Below are positions 27,887-39,004 of a DNA stretch of 64,000 bases, piece after piece; position 1 is the stretch's first letter, and each line of letters opens with the position of its first letter. A program made the position numbers and the translations under genes. The notes under the pieces were generated by a model. The model ran no database searches. It was not told where the DNA came from and was given only the letters and a program-made list of their open reading frames with translations. Location of the stretch: assembly GCF_056746865.1 (NCBI RefSeq), contig NZ_CM163382.1; one strand, given 5' to 3'.

Positions 27887-29786
27887 TATGATGAGTGCTG
27901 TCACAACAGCATTACAGCCCCTGATAAGGGCATTGCCGGTGACGCCAGTTGAATGGGCTGATCAAAATTATTATCTGCCTAAAGAATCTTCATATGGTGA
28001 GGGAGAATGGAAAACGCTGCCGTTCCAGATCGCCATCATGAACAGTATGGGGAATGATCAGATCCGCACTGTTAATCTGATTAAATCTGCCCGTGTTGGC
28101 TATACAAAGATGTTGCTGGGAGTCGCCGGGTATTTTATTGAGCATAAATCCCGAAACAGTCTGCTTTTTCAGCCCACGGATTCTGCCGCTGAAGATTTTA
28201 TGAAGTCTCACGTGGAGGCGACGATTCGGGACGTGCCATGCCTGAAAGATCTTTCCCCGTGGCTGGGTCGTAAACATCGTGACAATACTCTCACGCTGAA
28301 ACGCTTTTCATCGGGCGTGGGCTTCTGGTGCCTGGGCGGGGCTGCCGCTAAAAACTACCGTGAAAAATCCGTGGATGTGGTCTGTTATGACGAGCTTTCC
28401 TCGTTCGAACCGGATGTTGAAAAAGAGGGTTCGCCAACCCTGCTGGGGGATAAACGTATTGAGGGCTCTGTATGGCCCAAATCCATTCGCGGCTCGACGC
28501 CTAAAATCAAAGGCTCCTGCCAGATCGAAAAAGCCGCTAACGAGTCGGCACACTTCATGCGTTTTTATGTGCCCTGTCCGCACTGTGGGGAGGAGCAGTA
28601 TCTGAAATTTGGCGATGATGCCTCGCCTTTCGGTCTTAAGTGGGAGAAGAATAAGCCAGAAAGTGTTTTCTACCTTTGTGAGCATCATGGCTGTGTGATC
28701 CATCAGTCTGAGCTTGACCAGAGTAACGGGCGGTGGATCTGTGAAAACACGGGCATGTGGACCCGTGACGGCCTGACGTTTTTCAGCGCTGCGGGTAATG
28801 AAATTCCGCCGCCGCGCTCCATCACGTTCCATATCTGGACGGCGTACAGTCCGTTCACCACCTGGGTACAGATAGTCTATGACTGGCTGGATGCACTGAA
28901 AGATCCCAACGGCCTGAAAACCTTTGTGAACACCACGCTGGGCGAGACCTGGGAAGAGGCTGTGGGCGAAAAACTCGATCACCAGGTACTGATGGATAAG
29001 GTTGTGCGTTACACGGCGGCGGTGCCTGCCCGGGTGGTTTATCTGACGGCGGGCATTGACTCGCAGCGAAACCGTTTTGAGATGTATGTCTGGGGATGGG
29101 CACCGGGAGAGGAAGCTTTTCTGGTGGATAAAATCATCATTATGGGCCGTCCCGATGAGGAAGAGACGCTGTTACGTGTGGATGCGGCGATCAACAAAAA
29201 ATACTGCCATGCAGACGGAACCGAAATGACCATTTCCCGTGTCTGCTGGGACACCGGGGGGATCGATGGTGAAATTGTCTATCAGAGGTCAAAAAAACAC
29301 GGTGTTTTCCGGGTGCTGCCGGTAAAAGGCGCATCTGTCTATGGCAAGCCGGTGATCACCATGCCGAAAACCCGCAATCAGCGGGGCGTGTATCTGTGTG
29401 AAGTGGGGACGGACACCGCAAAAGAAATTCTCTATGCCCGTATGAAAGCCGAGCCCACGCCTGCGGATGAAGCCACGTCGTATGCCATCCGTTTTCCTGA
29501 TGATCCGGAGATTTTTTCGCAGACAGAGGCGCAGCAACTGGTCGCGGAAGAGCTTGTGGAGAAGTGGGAAAAAGGAAAGATGCGTCTGCTGTGGGATAAC
29601 AAAAAGCGGCGTAACGAAGCGCTGGACTGCCTGGTGTATGCCTACGCGGCATTACGTGTGTCCGTGCAACGCTGGCAGCTTGATCTGGCTGTACTGGCAA
29701 AATCCCGGGAAGAAGAGACGACCCGGCCAACCCTTAAAGAACTGGCAGCGAAGCTGTCCGGAGGAGTGAATGGTTACAGTCGCTGA
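27858..29786 (+). CDS. A: Terminase large subunit (gpA-like)
   Basis: Extensive similarity to lambda gpA (VEWADQNYYLPKESSYGEGEWKTLPFQ, Walker A-like region, CPHCGEEQYLKFGD). Confidence 0.92.
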   Translation: MNISEQQLNNMMSAVTTALQPLIRALPVTPVEWADQNYYLPKESSYGEGEWKTLPFQIAIMNSMGNDQIRTVNLIKSARVGYTKMLLGVAGYFIEHKSRNSLLFQPTDSAAEDFMKSHVEATIRDVPCLKDLSPWLGRKHRDNTLTLKRFSSGVGFWCLGGAAAKNYREKSVDVVCYDELSSFEPDVEKEGSPTLLGDKRIEGSVWPKSIRGSTPKIKGSCQIEKAANESAHFMRFYVPCPHCGEEQYLKFGDDASPFGLKWEKNKPESVFYLCEHHGCVIHQSELDQSNGRWICENTGMWTRDGLTFFSAAGNEIPPPRSITFHIWTAYSPFTTWVQIVYDWLDALKDPNGLKTFVNTTLGETWEEAVGEKLDHQVLMDKVVRYTAAVPARVVYLTAGIDSQRNRFEMYVWGWAPGEEAFLVDKIIIMGRPDEEETLLRVDAAINKKYCHADGTEMTISRVCWDTGGIDGEIVYQRSKKHGVFRVLPVKGASVYGKPVITMPKTRNQRGVYLCEVGTDTAKEILYARMKAEPTPADEATSYAIRFPDDPEIFSQTEAQQLVAEELVEKWEKGKMRLLWDNKKRRNEALDCLVYAYAALRVSVQRWQLDLAVLAKSREEETTRPTLKELAAKLSGGVNGYSR

Positions 29787-29970
29787 ACTACAGGCGCTGC
29801 GTCAGGCGCGCCTTGATTTATTAACCGGTAAACGGGTGGTGTCTGTCCAGAAAGATGGTCGCAGAATTGAATATACGGCGGCTTCTCTGGATGAGCTTAA
29901 CCGGGCGATCAATGATGCGGAGTCGGTACTGGGGACAACCCGCCGTCGTCCGCTGGGAGTGAGGTTATGA
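29770..29970 (+). CDS. W: Head-tail joining protein gpW
   Basis: 66 aa; LTGKRVVSVQKDGRRIEYTAASLDEL matches lambda W. Confidence 0.8.
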   Translation: MVTVAELQALRQARLDLLTGKRVVSVQKDGRRIEYTAASLDELNRAINDAESVLGTTRRRPLGVRL

Positions 29971-31559
29971 AACGAACGCCTGTCCTGATTGATGTGAACG
30001 GCGTTCCGCTTCGTGAGAGTCTCAGCTACAACGGGGGCGGCGCAGGATTTGGCGGGCAAATGGCTGAGTGGTTGCCACCGGCGCAGAGTGCCGATGCGGC
30101 CCTGCTGCCCGCGTTGCGTCTGGGGAATGCCCGGGCAGATGATCTGGTGCGCAATAACGGAATAGCGGCTAATGCGGTGGCTCTGCATAAGGATCACATT
30201 GTCGGGCATATGTTTCTGATCAGCTACCGTCCGAACTGGCGCTGGCTGGGGATGCGGGAGACCGCAGCAAAAAGCTTTGTCGATGAGGTGGAGGCGGCCT
30301 GGTCGGAATACGCCGAAGGGATGTTTGGCGAGATCGACGTGGAAGGAAAACGCACGTTCACGGAATTTATCCGTGAAGGTGTGGGCGTTCATGCGTTTAA
30401 CGGCGAAATCTTTGTGCAGCCGGTCTGGGATACGGAAACCACGCAGTTATTCCGTACGCGTTTTAAAGCCGTGAGTCCGAAACGGGTGGACACGCCTGGA
30501 CACGGTATGGGGAACCGTTTTCTGCGGGCCGGTGTGGAGGTCGATCGATATGGCCGTGCCGTCGCGTACCATATTTGTGAGGATGATTTTCCGTTCTCTG
30601 GTAGTGGACGATGGGAACGGATCCCGCGTGAACTTCCCACCGGGCGTCCGGCCATGCTGCATATTTTCGAGCCGGTGGAGGACGGGCAGACCCGTGGGGC
30701 TAATCAGTTTTACAGCGTCATGGAACGGCTGAAGATGCTCGATTCCCTGCAGGCAACACAGCTTCAGTCGGCCATAGTGAAGGCGATGTATGCAGCGACG
30801 ATTGAAAGTGAACTTGATACCGAAAAGGCCTTTGAATATATCGCCGGCGCGCCACAGGAGCAGAAGGATAATCCGCTTATTAATATTCTGGAGAAGTTCT
30901 CCAGCTGGTATGACACGAATAACGTGACACTGGGCGGTGTCAAAATTCCGCACCTTTTCCCTGGTGATGATCTGAAACTACAGACTGCGCAGGATTCAGA
31001 CAATGGATTTTCGGCGCTTGAACAGGCGCTGCTGCGGTATATCGCCGCCGGTCTTGGCGTTTCCTACGAACAGTTGTCCCGTGATTACTCGAAGGTCAGT
31101 TACTCAAGTGCCCGCGCCTCCGCCAATGAGTCGTGGCGCTATTTTATGGGGCGGCGAAAATTTATTGCGGCCCGGCTGGCCACGCAGATGTTTTCCTGCT
31201 GGCTGGAAGAGGCACTTCTTCGGGGGATTATTCGTCCGCCACGGGCACGTTTTGATTTTTATCAGGCGCGATCAGCCTGGTCACGGGCAGAGTGGATTGG
31301 TGCCGGAAGAATGGCCATTGACGGGCTCAAGGAAGTCCAGGAATCAGTGATGCGCATTGAGGCCGGACTGAGCACGTATGAGAAAGAGCTGGCGCTGATG
31401 GGCGAGGATTATCAGGACATTTTCCGCCAGCAGGTCAGGGAATCTGCAGAGCGGGAAAAAGCCGGACTCTCACGTCCGGTGTGGATAGCGCAGGCGTATC
31501 AGCAGCAGATAGCGGAGAGTCGCAGGCCGGAAGAGGAGACAACACCACGTGAGACGTAA
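29967..31559 (+). CDS. B: Portal protein (gpB-like)
   Basis: 530 aa at the lambda B position; ATGA overlap with W. Confidence 0.9.
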   Translation: MKRTPVLIDVNGVPLRESLSYNGGGAGFGGQMAEWLPPAQSADAALLPALRLGNARADDLVRNNGIAANAVALHKDHIVGHMFLISYRPNWRWLGMRETAAKSFVDEVEAAWSEYAEGMFGEIDVEGKRTFTEFIREGVGVHAFNGEIFVQPVWDTETTQLFRTRFKAVSPKRVDTPGHGMGNRFLRAGVEVDRYGRAVAYHICEDDFPFSGSGRWERIPRELPTGRPAMLHIFEPVEDGQTRGANQFYSVMERLKMLDSLQATQLQSAIVKAMYAATIESELDTEKAFEYIAGAPQEQKDNPLINILEKFSSWYDTNNVTLGGVKIPHLFPGDDLKLQTAQDSDNGFSALEQALLRYIAAGLGVSYEQLSRDYSKVSYSSARASANESWRYFMGRRKFIAARLATQMFSCWLEEALLRGIIRPPRARFDFYQARSAWSRAEWIGAGRMAIDGLKEVQESVMRIEAGLSTYEKELALMGEDYQDIFRQQVRESAEREKAGLSRPVWIAQAYQQQIAESRRPEEETTPRET

Positions 31560-33054
31560 TCTTTCACACATTATTGCCGCAGCATTCAATGAACCGCTGC
31601 TTCTGGAGCCCGCCTATGCGCGGGTTTTCTTTTGCGCGCTCGGGCGCGAGATGGGGGCAGCAAGTCTTTCGGTACCACAACAGCAGGTACAGCTTGATGC
31701 TCCCGGAATGCTGGCTGAAACGGACGAGTACATGGCCGGAGGTAAACGACCGGCCCGTGTTTACCGGGTGGTGAACGGTATTGCGGTACTGCCGGTGACC
31801 GGCACGCTGGTGCACCGGCTGGGGGGGATGCGGCCATTTTCCGGAATGACTGGCTATGACGGTATTGTCGCCTGTCTTCAGCAGGCAATGGCAGATAGCC
31901 AGGTGCGGGGCATACTGCTGGACATTGACAGTCCGGGCGGGCAGGCCGCCGGCGCGTTTGACTGCGCTGACATGATTTACCGCCTCCGTCAGCAGAAGCC
32001 GGTCTGGGCACTGTGCAATGACACGGCCTGTTCTGCAGCCATGCTGCTGGCGTCGGCCTGCTCCCGACGGCTGGTTACCCAGACATCCCGTATCGGCTCC
32101 ATTGGCGTGATGATGAGCCATGTCAGCTATGCCGGTCATCTGGCGCAGGCCGGTGTGGATATTACGCTGATTTATGCCGGGGCGCACAAGGTGGATGGCA
32201 ATCAGTTTGAAGCGTTGCCGGCAGAGGTTCGCCAGGATATGCAGCAGCGGATTGATGCGGCGCACCGGATGTTTGCCGAAAAAGTGGCGATGTATACCGG
32301 GTTGTCTGTGGATGCGGTCACGGGAACAGAGGCCGCCGTTTTTGAAGGTCAGTCCGGCATTGAGGCCGGGCTGGCGGATGAATTAATCAATGCGTCGGAT
32401 GCCATCAGTGTGATGGCCACGGCGCTGAACAGTAATGTCAGAGGAGGCACTATGCCGCAATTAACTGCAACGGAAGCCGCCGTGCAGGAGAACCAGCGAG
32501 TGATGGGGATCCTGACATGCCAGGAAGCGAAAGGACGTGAACAGCTTGCCACGATGCTGGCAGGGCAACAGGGCATGAGCGTTGAACAGGCCCGGGCGAT
32601 TCTGGCCGCGGCGGCACCGCAGCAGCCGGTGGCATCCGCACAGAGTGAAGCCGATCGCATTATGGCGTGTGAAGAAGCGAACGGTCGTGAACAACTGGCA
32701 GCAACGCTGGCGGCGATGCCGGAGATGACGGTGGAAAAAGCCCGCCCGATCCTGGCTGCTTCACCGCAGGCGAATGCCGGACCATCACTCCGTGATCAGA
32801 TCATGGCACTGGATGAGGCAAAAGGGGCTGAGGCGCAGGCTGAACAGCTGGCTGCCTGCCCGGGAATGACTGTGGAGAGCGCCCGGGCTGTGCTGGCTGC
32901 GGGATCAGGTAAGGCAGAACCGGTCTCTGCATCCACAACCGCCCTGTTTGAACATTTCATGGCGAACCATTCACCGGCTGCGGTCCAGGGGGGCGTGTCA
33001 CAGGCGTCAGAAGACGGTGATGCGGACGTGAAAATGCTCATGGCCATGCCATGA
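31549..33054 (+). CDS. C: Prohead protease / scaffold (gpC with nested Nu3-like C-terminal region)
   Basis: 501 aa, ClpP/S49-like N-terminal half, Ala/Gln-rich repetitive C-terminal half. Confidence 0.88.
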   Translation: MRRNLSHIIAAAFNEPLLLEPAYARVFFCALGREMGAASLSVPQQQVQLDAPGMLAETDEYMAGGKRPARVYRVVNGIAVLPVTGTLVHRLGGMRPFSGMTGYDGIVACLQQAMADSQVRGILLDIDSPGGQAAGAFDCADMIYRLRQQKPVWALCNDTACSAAMLLASACSRRLVTQTSRIGSIGVMMSHVSYAGHLAQAGVDITLIYAGAHKVDGNQFEALPAEVRQDMQQRIDAAHRMFAEKVAMYTGLSVDAVTGTEAAVFEGQSGIEAGLADELINASDAISVMATALNSNVRGGTMPQLTATEAAVQENQRVMGILTCQEAKGREQLATMLAGQQGMSVEQARAILAAAAPQQPVASAQSEADRIMACEEANGREQLAATLAAMPEMTVEKARPILAASPQANAGPSLRDQIMALDEAKGAEAQAEQLAACPGMTVESARAVLAAGSGKAEPVSASTTALFEHFMANHSPAAVQGGVSQASEDGDADVKMLMAMP

Positions 33055-33090
33055 AGTCAGTGCTGACCATCAATATGAGGTTTTAACAAA

Positions 33091-33438
33091 ATGGTGACGA
33101 AAACCATCACTGAACAGCGTGCGGAAGTACGTATTTTTGCCGGTAATGATCCGGCTCATACCGCCACAGGCAGCAGCGGGATTTCTTCTGCAACACCGGC
33201 TCTGACGCCCCTGATGCTGGATGAAGCCACCGGGAAACTGGTGGTCTGGGATGGACAGAAAGCCGGTAGTGCGGTTGGCATACTGGTACTGCCGCTTGAA
33301 GGCACAGAGACGGTGCTGACCTATTACAAGTCGGGGACCTTTGCGACGGAGGCAATCCGCTGGCCTGACAGTGTGGATGAACACAAAAAGGCAAATGCCT
33401 TTGCCGGCACAGCCCTGAGTCACGCGGCGCTGCCGTAA
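33091..33438 (+). CDS. D: Head decoration protein gpD
   Basis: 115 aa; DPAHTATG...PLMLD...VGILV...YKSGTF similar to lambda gpD. Confidence 0.85.
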   Translation: MVTKTITEQRAEVRIFAGNDPAHTATGSSGISSATPALTPLMLDEATGKLVVWDGQKAGSAVGILVLPLEGTETVLTYYKSGTFATEAIRWPDSVDEHKKANAFAGTALSHAALP

Positions 33439-33495
33439 CACGTTATCAGGCCACCATGGCGGCCTGACTGATTTCTGAATGAAAGGAACTGATTT

Positions 33496-34416
33496 ATGGG
33501 ATTGTTTACGACCCGCCAGTTACTCGGTTATACCGAACAAAAAGTGAAATTCCGTGCGCTGTTTCTGGAGCTGTTTTTCCGCCGTACGGTGAATTTCCAC
33601 ACCGAAGAGGTGATGCTGGACAAAATTACCGGAAAAACGCCGGTGGCGGCCTATGTCTCCCCAATCGTTGAAGGAAAAGTGCTTCGCCATCGCGGTGGTG
33701 AAACCCGCGTGTTACGTCCGGGCTACGTCAAGCCCAAACACGAATTTAGCACGCCGGAGGGGGAGCGGTATATCCCTTGTGTGAATATTTCCGCGGAGCC
33801 GGAGGCGTATTTTCGTATCGCACCGGAAGACTGGCTGCGGGCAGAGATGCAGGGGGAGATTGTGGCACTGGTCCACAGTCATCCCGGTGGGCTGCCCTGG
33901 CTGAGCGAGGCTGACCGGCGGCTGCAGATAAAAAGCGCACTGCCCTGGTGGCTGGTCTGCCGGGGTGACATTCACAAATTCCGCTGTGTGCCACATCTGA
34001 CGGGACGGCGCTTTGAGCACGGGGTGACGGACTGTTACACGCTGTTCCGGGATGCTTATCATCTGGCGGGGACTGAAATGCCGGATTTTCATCGCGAGGA
34101 TGACTGGTGGCGCAACGGCCAGAACCTGTACCTGGACAACCTGGCGGAAAACGGCTTTTGCCGGGTGTCTCCGTCCTCTGCACAGGCAGGCGATGTGCTG
34201 CTGTGCTGCTTTGGATCATCGGTGCCGAATCATGCCGCCGTTTACTGTGGTGACGGCGAGCTGCTGCACCATATTCCTGAACAACTGAGTAAACGGGAGA
34301 GGTATTCCGAAAAATGGCAACGACGAACGCATTCAGTCTGGCGTCACCGCCACTGGCACGCATCCGCCTTTACGGGGATTTACAACGATTTGGCCGCCGC
34401 CTCAGCCTGTATGTGA
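33496..34416 (+). pseudogene. In-frame chimera: N-terminal ~84 aa of major capsid protein E fused to C-terminal ~220 aa of tail protein K
   Basis: Residues 1-84 align with lambda gpE N-terminus (QLL...FRRTVNF...YVSPIV...PGYVKPKHE); remainder aligns with lambda gpK (STPEGERY.PCVNIS.EPEAYFR, HSHPGG JAMM motif); junction near 33745. Confidence 0.8.
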
Positions 34417-34994
34417 ACACGGCAGCGGAAGCCATTCGCGCCCTGTCGATGCAGATGCCGGGCTTTCGCCGTCAGATGAACGAAGGCTGGTACCAGATAC
34501 GTATTGCCGGTGATGACACGGCACCGGAGGCGGTGTACGCCCGTCTTCACGAACAGCTGGGTGAGGGAACGGTCATCCATATTGTGCCGCGACTGGCCGG
34601 GGCCGGAAAGGGTGGACTGCAGATTGTGCTGGGGGCGGCAGCCATCGTGGGCTCTTTCTTCACTGCCGGTGCCTCGATGGCGTTATGGGGTACAGCCCTG
34701 AGTGCCGGCGGTTTTTCTGCCACCACGATGCTGTTTTCACTGGGGGCCAGCATGATACTGGGCGGTGTGGCCCAGATGCTGGCCCCGAAGGCAAAAACAC
34801 CGGATTACCGCGCAACGGATAACGGCAGACAGAACACGTACTTTTCCTCGCTGGATAACATGATTGCCCAGGGGAACCCGATGCCGGTGCCTTACGGGGA
34901 AATGCTGGTTGGCTCCCGCCGTATATCCCAGGACATCAGCACCCGTGATGAAGGCGGGGGCGGAAAGGTCGTGGTTATCGGGCGGCAGGGGTAA
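34314..34994 (+). CDS. I: Tail assembly protein I
   Basis: 226 aa; RLYGDLQRFGRR...QNTYFSSLDNM...GEMLVGSRRISQ similar to lambda gpI; overlaps K end as in lambda. Confidence 0.85.
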   Translation: MATTNAFSLASPPLARIRLYGDLQRFGRRLSLYVNTAAEAIRALSMQMPGFRRQMNEGWYQIRIAGDDTAPEAVYARLHEQLGEGTVIHIVPRLAGAGKGGLQIVLGAAAIVGSFFTAGASMALWGTALSAGGFSATTMLFSLGASMILGGVAQMLAPKAKTPDYRATDNGRQNTYFSSLDNMIAQGNPMPVPYGEMLVGSRRISQDISTRDEGGGGKVVVIGRQG

Positions 34995-35170
34995 AAAGAA
35001 TAAAAAAATCCCGCAGTGATCGCGGACAGGAACTGCGGGAGAGTTACGAAGATTAAGTGTAAGGAATTATTCTTATGTCACGACAAAAAAATTAACGCAG
35101 AGAAATTATACGCGCCACAGTCAGTTTGTGAAAATGTGAAGATATTCAGAATTTTTATTCAGTCATGATA

Positions 35171-35200
35171 CAGGCATCCTCCGGGGTGCCTGTTGTTTTT
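35171..35200 (+). terminator. Candidate intrinsic terminator in the I-J intergenic insert
   Basis: CAGGCA.CC-tccg-GG.TGCCTG hairpin followed by TTGTTTTTTGGG. Confidence 0.45.
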
Positions 35201-35244
35201 TGGGCATAAACAGATTCAGACATCAGACAGGAGAGGGGGAGCGA

Positions 35245-38200
35245 GTGGGTAAAGGTGGCGGTAAGGCGCACACACCGCGCGAGGCGAAGGATAATCTCAA
35301 ATCCACGCAGATGATGAGTGTGATTGATGCGATTGGTGAGGGACCGATAGAAGGTCCGGTGAAGGGACTGCAGAGTATCCTGGTGAACAAAACCCCGCTG
35401 ACGGACACGGACGGTAATCCCGTGATACACGGTGTGACCGCGGTCTGGCGTGCCGGGGAGCAGGAGCAGACACCACCGGAAGGCTTTGAGTCCTCCGGAG
35501 CTGAAACCGGACTGGGCGTGGAAGTGACGAAGGCAAAACCGGTGACGCGCACCATTACGTCCGCGAACATTGACCGCCTGCGGGTTACCTTCGGGGTGCA
35601 GTCACTGGTGCAGACCACGTCAAAGGGTGACCGTAACCCGACATCCGTCCGCCTGCTGATTCAGTTACAGCGTAACGGTAACTGGGTGACAGAAAAGGAC
35701 GTCACCATTAACGGCAAGACCACCTCACAGTTCCTGGCCTCGGTGATTCTGGATAATCTGCCTCCCCGGCCCTTTAACATCCGGATGGTCAGGGAGACGG
35801 CGGACAGCACCACGGACCAGCTGCAGAATAAGACGCTGTGGTCGTCATACACCGAAATCATCGATGTGAAACAGTGCTACCCGAACACGGCCATTGTGGG
35901 GCTGCAGGTGGATGCGGAGCAGTTCGGCGGCCAGCAGATGACGGTGAACTACCATATCCGCGGTCGCATCATCCAGGTGCCGTCAAACTATGACCCGGAA
36001 AAACGCACGTACAGTGGTATCTGGGACGGCAGCCTGAAACCGGCATACAGCAACAACCCGGCCTGGTGTCTGTGGGACATGCTGACTCACCCGCGCTACG
36101 GCATGGGAAAACGTCTGGGGGCGGCGGATGTGGACAAGTGGGCGCTGTATGCCATCGGGCAGTACTGCGACCAGACGGTCCCGGATGGTTTCGGGGGGAC
36201 CGAGCCGCGGATGACCTTTAATGCGTACCTGGCACAACAGCGTAAGGCGTGGGACGTTCTCAGTGATTTCTGCTCTGCGATGCGCTGTATGCCGGTATGG
36301 AACGGCCAGACGCTGACGTTCGTTCAGGACCGTCCGTCGGATGTGGTGTGGCCGTACACCAACAGCGATGTGGTGGTGGATGATAACGGCGTGGGTTTCC
36401 GCTACAGCTTCAGTGCCCTGAAGGACCGGCACACGGCAGTGGAGGTGAATTACACCGACCCGCAGAACGGCTGGCAGACCTCCACGGAACTGGTGGAAGA
36501 CCCGGAAGCCATACTGCGCTACGGACGCAACCTGCTGAAGATGGACGCGTTCGGCTGTACCAGCCGCGGTCAGGCCCACCGTGCCGGGCTGTGGGTGATA
36601 AAGACCGAACTGCTGGAAACGCAGACGGTGGATTTCACGCTCGGGTCACAGGGGCTGCGTCACACACCCGGTGACATCATTGAAATCTGTGATAACGACT
36701 ATGCCGGGACCATGACCGGCGGACGTGTCCTGTCCATCGATGCCGCCAGCCGTACCCTGACGCTGGACCGGGAGGTGACACTGCCGGAGACCGGCACGGC
36801 CACTGTTAATCTGATTAACGGCAGCGGTAAGCCGGCGAGCGTGGCCATCACCGCACACCCCGCGCCTGACCGGATACAGGTCAGCACCCTGCCGGATGGT
36901 GTGGAGACATACGGTGTGTGGGGACTCTCCCTGCCGTCACTGCGTCGTCGCCTGTTCTGCTGTGTCTCCATCCGGGAAAACACGGACGGCACGTTCGCCA
37001 TCACGGCGGTGCAGCACGTACCGGAAAAAGAAGCCATTGTGGATAACGGGGCCAGCTTTGAGCCGCAGTCAGGCAGCCTGAACAGCGTTATCCCACCGGC
37101 AGTGCAGCACCTGACGGTGGAGGTGAGTGCAGCTGACGGTCAGTATCTGGCACAGGCGAAATGGGACACGCCGCGGGTGGTGAAGGGTGTGCGCTTCAGT
37201 CTGCGTCTGACCAGCGGAAGCGGAGAAGACAGCCGTCTGGTGAGCACCGCCATCACCGCAGACACGGAGCACCGTTTCAGTGGTCTGCCGCTGGGGGAAT
37301 ACACCCTGACGGTGCGGGCCATTAACAGCTACGGCCAGCAGGGCGAACCTGCGACCACCACCTTCCGGATTAACGCGCCTGCAAAACCCGCCACCATTGA
37401 GCTGACGCCGGGGTATTTTCAGATAACGGCGGTCCCGCGTCTTGCGGTGTATGACCCGACGGTACAGTTTGAATTCTGGTTCTCAGAAAAACGCATCACG
37501 AACACGGCACAGGTGGAAAAATCTGCCCGTTATCTGGGGACCGGCAGTCAGTGGACTGTCCAGGGGAGCCGGATTAAGCCGGGGACGGATTTCTGGTTTT
37601 ACGTGCGAAGCGTCAACCTGGTGGGAAAATCTGCTTTTGTGGAAGCCAGCGGGCAGCCCAGCAATGATGGTGAAGGGTATCTGGAAATTTTCCGGGGGCT
37701 GATAGATGAGACGCTTCTGGGCCAGGCACTGAAAGAGCGCATTGATGCTTCAGCGCTGCGTACGGAGGTCACGCAACTGGAAGAAGACATCCGTCAGCGG
37801 ATGGACACGGATATCGCAGAAGTGACCCGGAAAATCGGGGAGGCGGAAAACAGCCTCACGCAGCTGGTTGCGAAAAAGAATGAGGACCAGACACTGGCCA
37901 TCGCGCAGGTGAGCCAGAAAGTGGACCGGGTGAGCAGTGAAATCTCACAGACTGTCAGCCAGGGGCAGTCAGAAAATGCCCGACAGATAGCACAGGTCCG
38001 CCAGTACGTGGATAAAAAAGGGAGTGAAATTACCTCGACCACGGATAAAAAACTGGGTGACCAGGCCGTGACCATACAGCAAATCCAGCGGGTTCAGTCA
38101 GACACGCGCAATGAGCTGAATGCCATGTATATGCTGAAGGTGCAGAAAACAAAAAACGGTATTCCCTATGTGGCCGGGATTGGTGCGGGGATTGAGGATG

Positions 38201-38937
38201 TTGATGGTCAGACGCTGAGCAGTATTCTGCTGCAGGCTGACCGTATCGCGATGATTACCCCGGAGAACGGCAACACCACGCCGCTGTTTGTGGCGCAGGG
38301 GAATCAGCTGTTCATGAACGACGTGTTCCTGAAGCGACTGTTTGCGGTGAGCATCACGTCATCCGGCAATCCTCCGACGTTTTCCCTGACGCCGGATGGC
38401 AGGCTGACAGCCCGCAATGCGGATATCAGTGGAGCCATCACGGCGAATACCGGCACGCTCAATAATGTCACCATTAACGAGAACTGTGTCATCAGAGGGA
38501 AACTGTCTGCAAACCAGATTGAAGGCGATCTCGTTAAAACAGTGGGTAAGGCTTTCCCTCGTGACTCCCGTGCACCGAAGCGGTGGCCATCAGGAACCAT
38601 TACCGTCAGGGTTTATGACGATCAGCCGTTTAACCGGCAGATTGTTATTCCGGCGGTGGCTTTCAGCGGTGCCAGACATGAGCGGGAGAACAGCGATACT
38701 TATTCGTCATGCCGCCTGATAGTGAAGAAAAACGGTGCTGAAATTTATAACCGTACCGCGCTGGATAATACGCTGATTTACAGTGGTGTTATTGATATGC
38801 CAGCTGGTCGCGGCCACATGACGCTGGAGTTTTCTGTATCAGCATGGTGGGTAAATGGCTGGTATCCCACAGCAAGTATCAGCGATTTGCTGGTTGTTGT
38901 GATGAAGAAAGCCACTGCAGGCATCACGATTAGCTGA
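35245..38937 (+). CDS. J: Host-specificity / central tail fibre protein J
   Basis: About 1230 aa, GTG start ([21 protein letters not shown] as lambda J); collinear with lambda J with an extra coiled-coil-like segment. Confidence 0.92.
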   Translation: MGKGGGKAHTPREAKDNLKSTQMMSVIDAIGEGPIEGPVKGLQSILVNKTPLTDTDGNPVIHGVTAVWRAGEQEQTPPEGFESSGAETGLGVEVTKAKPVTRTITSANIDRLRVTFGVQSLVQTTSKGDRNPTSVRLLIQLQRNGNWVTEKDVTINGKTTSQFLASVILDNLPPRPFNIRMVRETADSTTDQLQNKTLWSSYTEIIDVKQCYPNTAIVGLQVDAEQFGGQQMTVNYHIRGRIIQVPSNYDPEKRTYSGIWDGSLKPAYSNNPAWCLWDMLTHPRYGMGKRLGAADVDKWALYAIGQYCDQTVPDGFGGTEPRMTFNAYLAQQRKAWDVLSDFCSAMRCMPVWNGQTLTFVQDRPSDVVWPYTNSDVVVDDNGVGFRYSFSALKDRHTAVEVNYTDPQNGWQTSTELVEDPEAILRYGRNLLKMDAFGCTSRGQAHRAGLWVIKTELLETQTVDFTLGSQGLRHTPGDIIEICDNDYAGTMTGGRVLSIDAASRTLTLDREVTLPETGTATVNLINGSGKPASVAITAHPAPDRIQVSTLPDGVETYGVWGLSLPSLRRRLFCCVSIRENTDGTFAITAVQHVPEKEAIVDNGASFEPQSGSLNSVIPPAVQHLTVEVSAADGQYLAQAKWDTPRVVKGVRFSLRLTSGSGEDSRLVSTAITADTEHRFSGLPLGEYTLTVRAINSYGQQGEPATTTFRINAPAKPATIELTPGYFQITAVPRLAVYDPTVQFEFWFSEKRITNTAQVEKSARYLGTGSQWTVQGSRIKPGTDFWFYVRSVNLVGKSAFVEASGQPSNDGEGYLEIFRGLIDETLLGQALKERIDASALRTEVTQLEEDIRQRMDTDIAEVTRKIGEAENSLTQLVAKKNEDQTLAIAQVSQKVDRVSSEISQTVSQGQSENARQIAQVRQYVDKKGSEITSTTDKKLGDQAVTIQQIQRVQSDTRNELNAMYMLKVQKTKNGIPYVAGIGAGIEDVDGQTLSSILLQADRIAMITPENGNTTPLFVAQGNQLFMNDVFLKRLFAVSITSSGNPPTFSLTPDGRLTARNADISGAITANTGTLNNVTINENCVIRGKLSANQIEGDLVKTVGKAFPRDSRAPKRWPSGTITVRVYDDQPFNRQIVIPAVAFSGARHERENSDTYSSCRLIVKKNGAEIYNRTALDNTLIYSGVIDMPAGRGHMTLEFSVSAWWVNGWYPTASISDLLVVVMKKATAGITIS

Positions 38938-38957
38938 ATTTTATAACCCCAATACGG

Positions 38958-38985
38958 GCGCCAGAAATGGTGCCTTTTTTATTGC
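38958..38985 (+). terminator. Candidate intrinsic terminator between J and lom
   Basis: GGCGCC-agaaat-GGTGCC hairpin followed by TTTTTT. Confidence 0.5.
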
Positions 38986-39004
38986 AGAAAAGCGAGAGGT
39001 AATT

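Noticed and set aside
28308-28982. 224-aa minus-strand ORF inside the terminase large subunit gene
   Set aside because: Antisense to a clearly conserved terminase; no motifs.
35983-36579. 198-aa minus-strand ORF inside gene J, and the 35155..35430 minus-strand ORF across the J start
   Set aside because: Antisense to J; no supporting signals.
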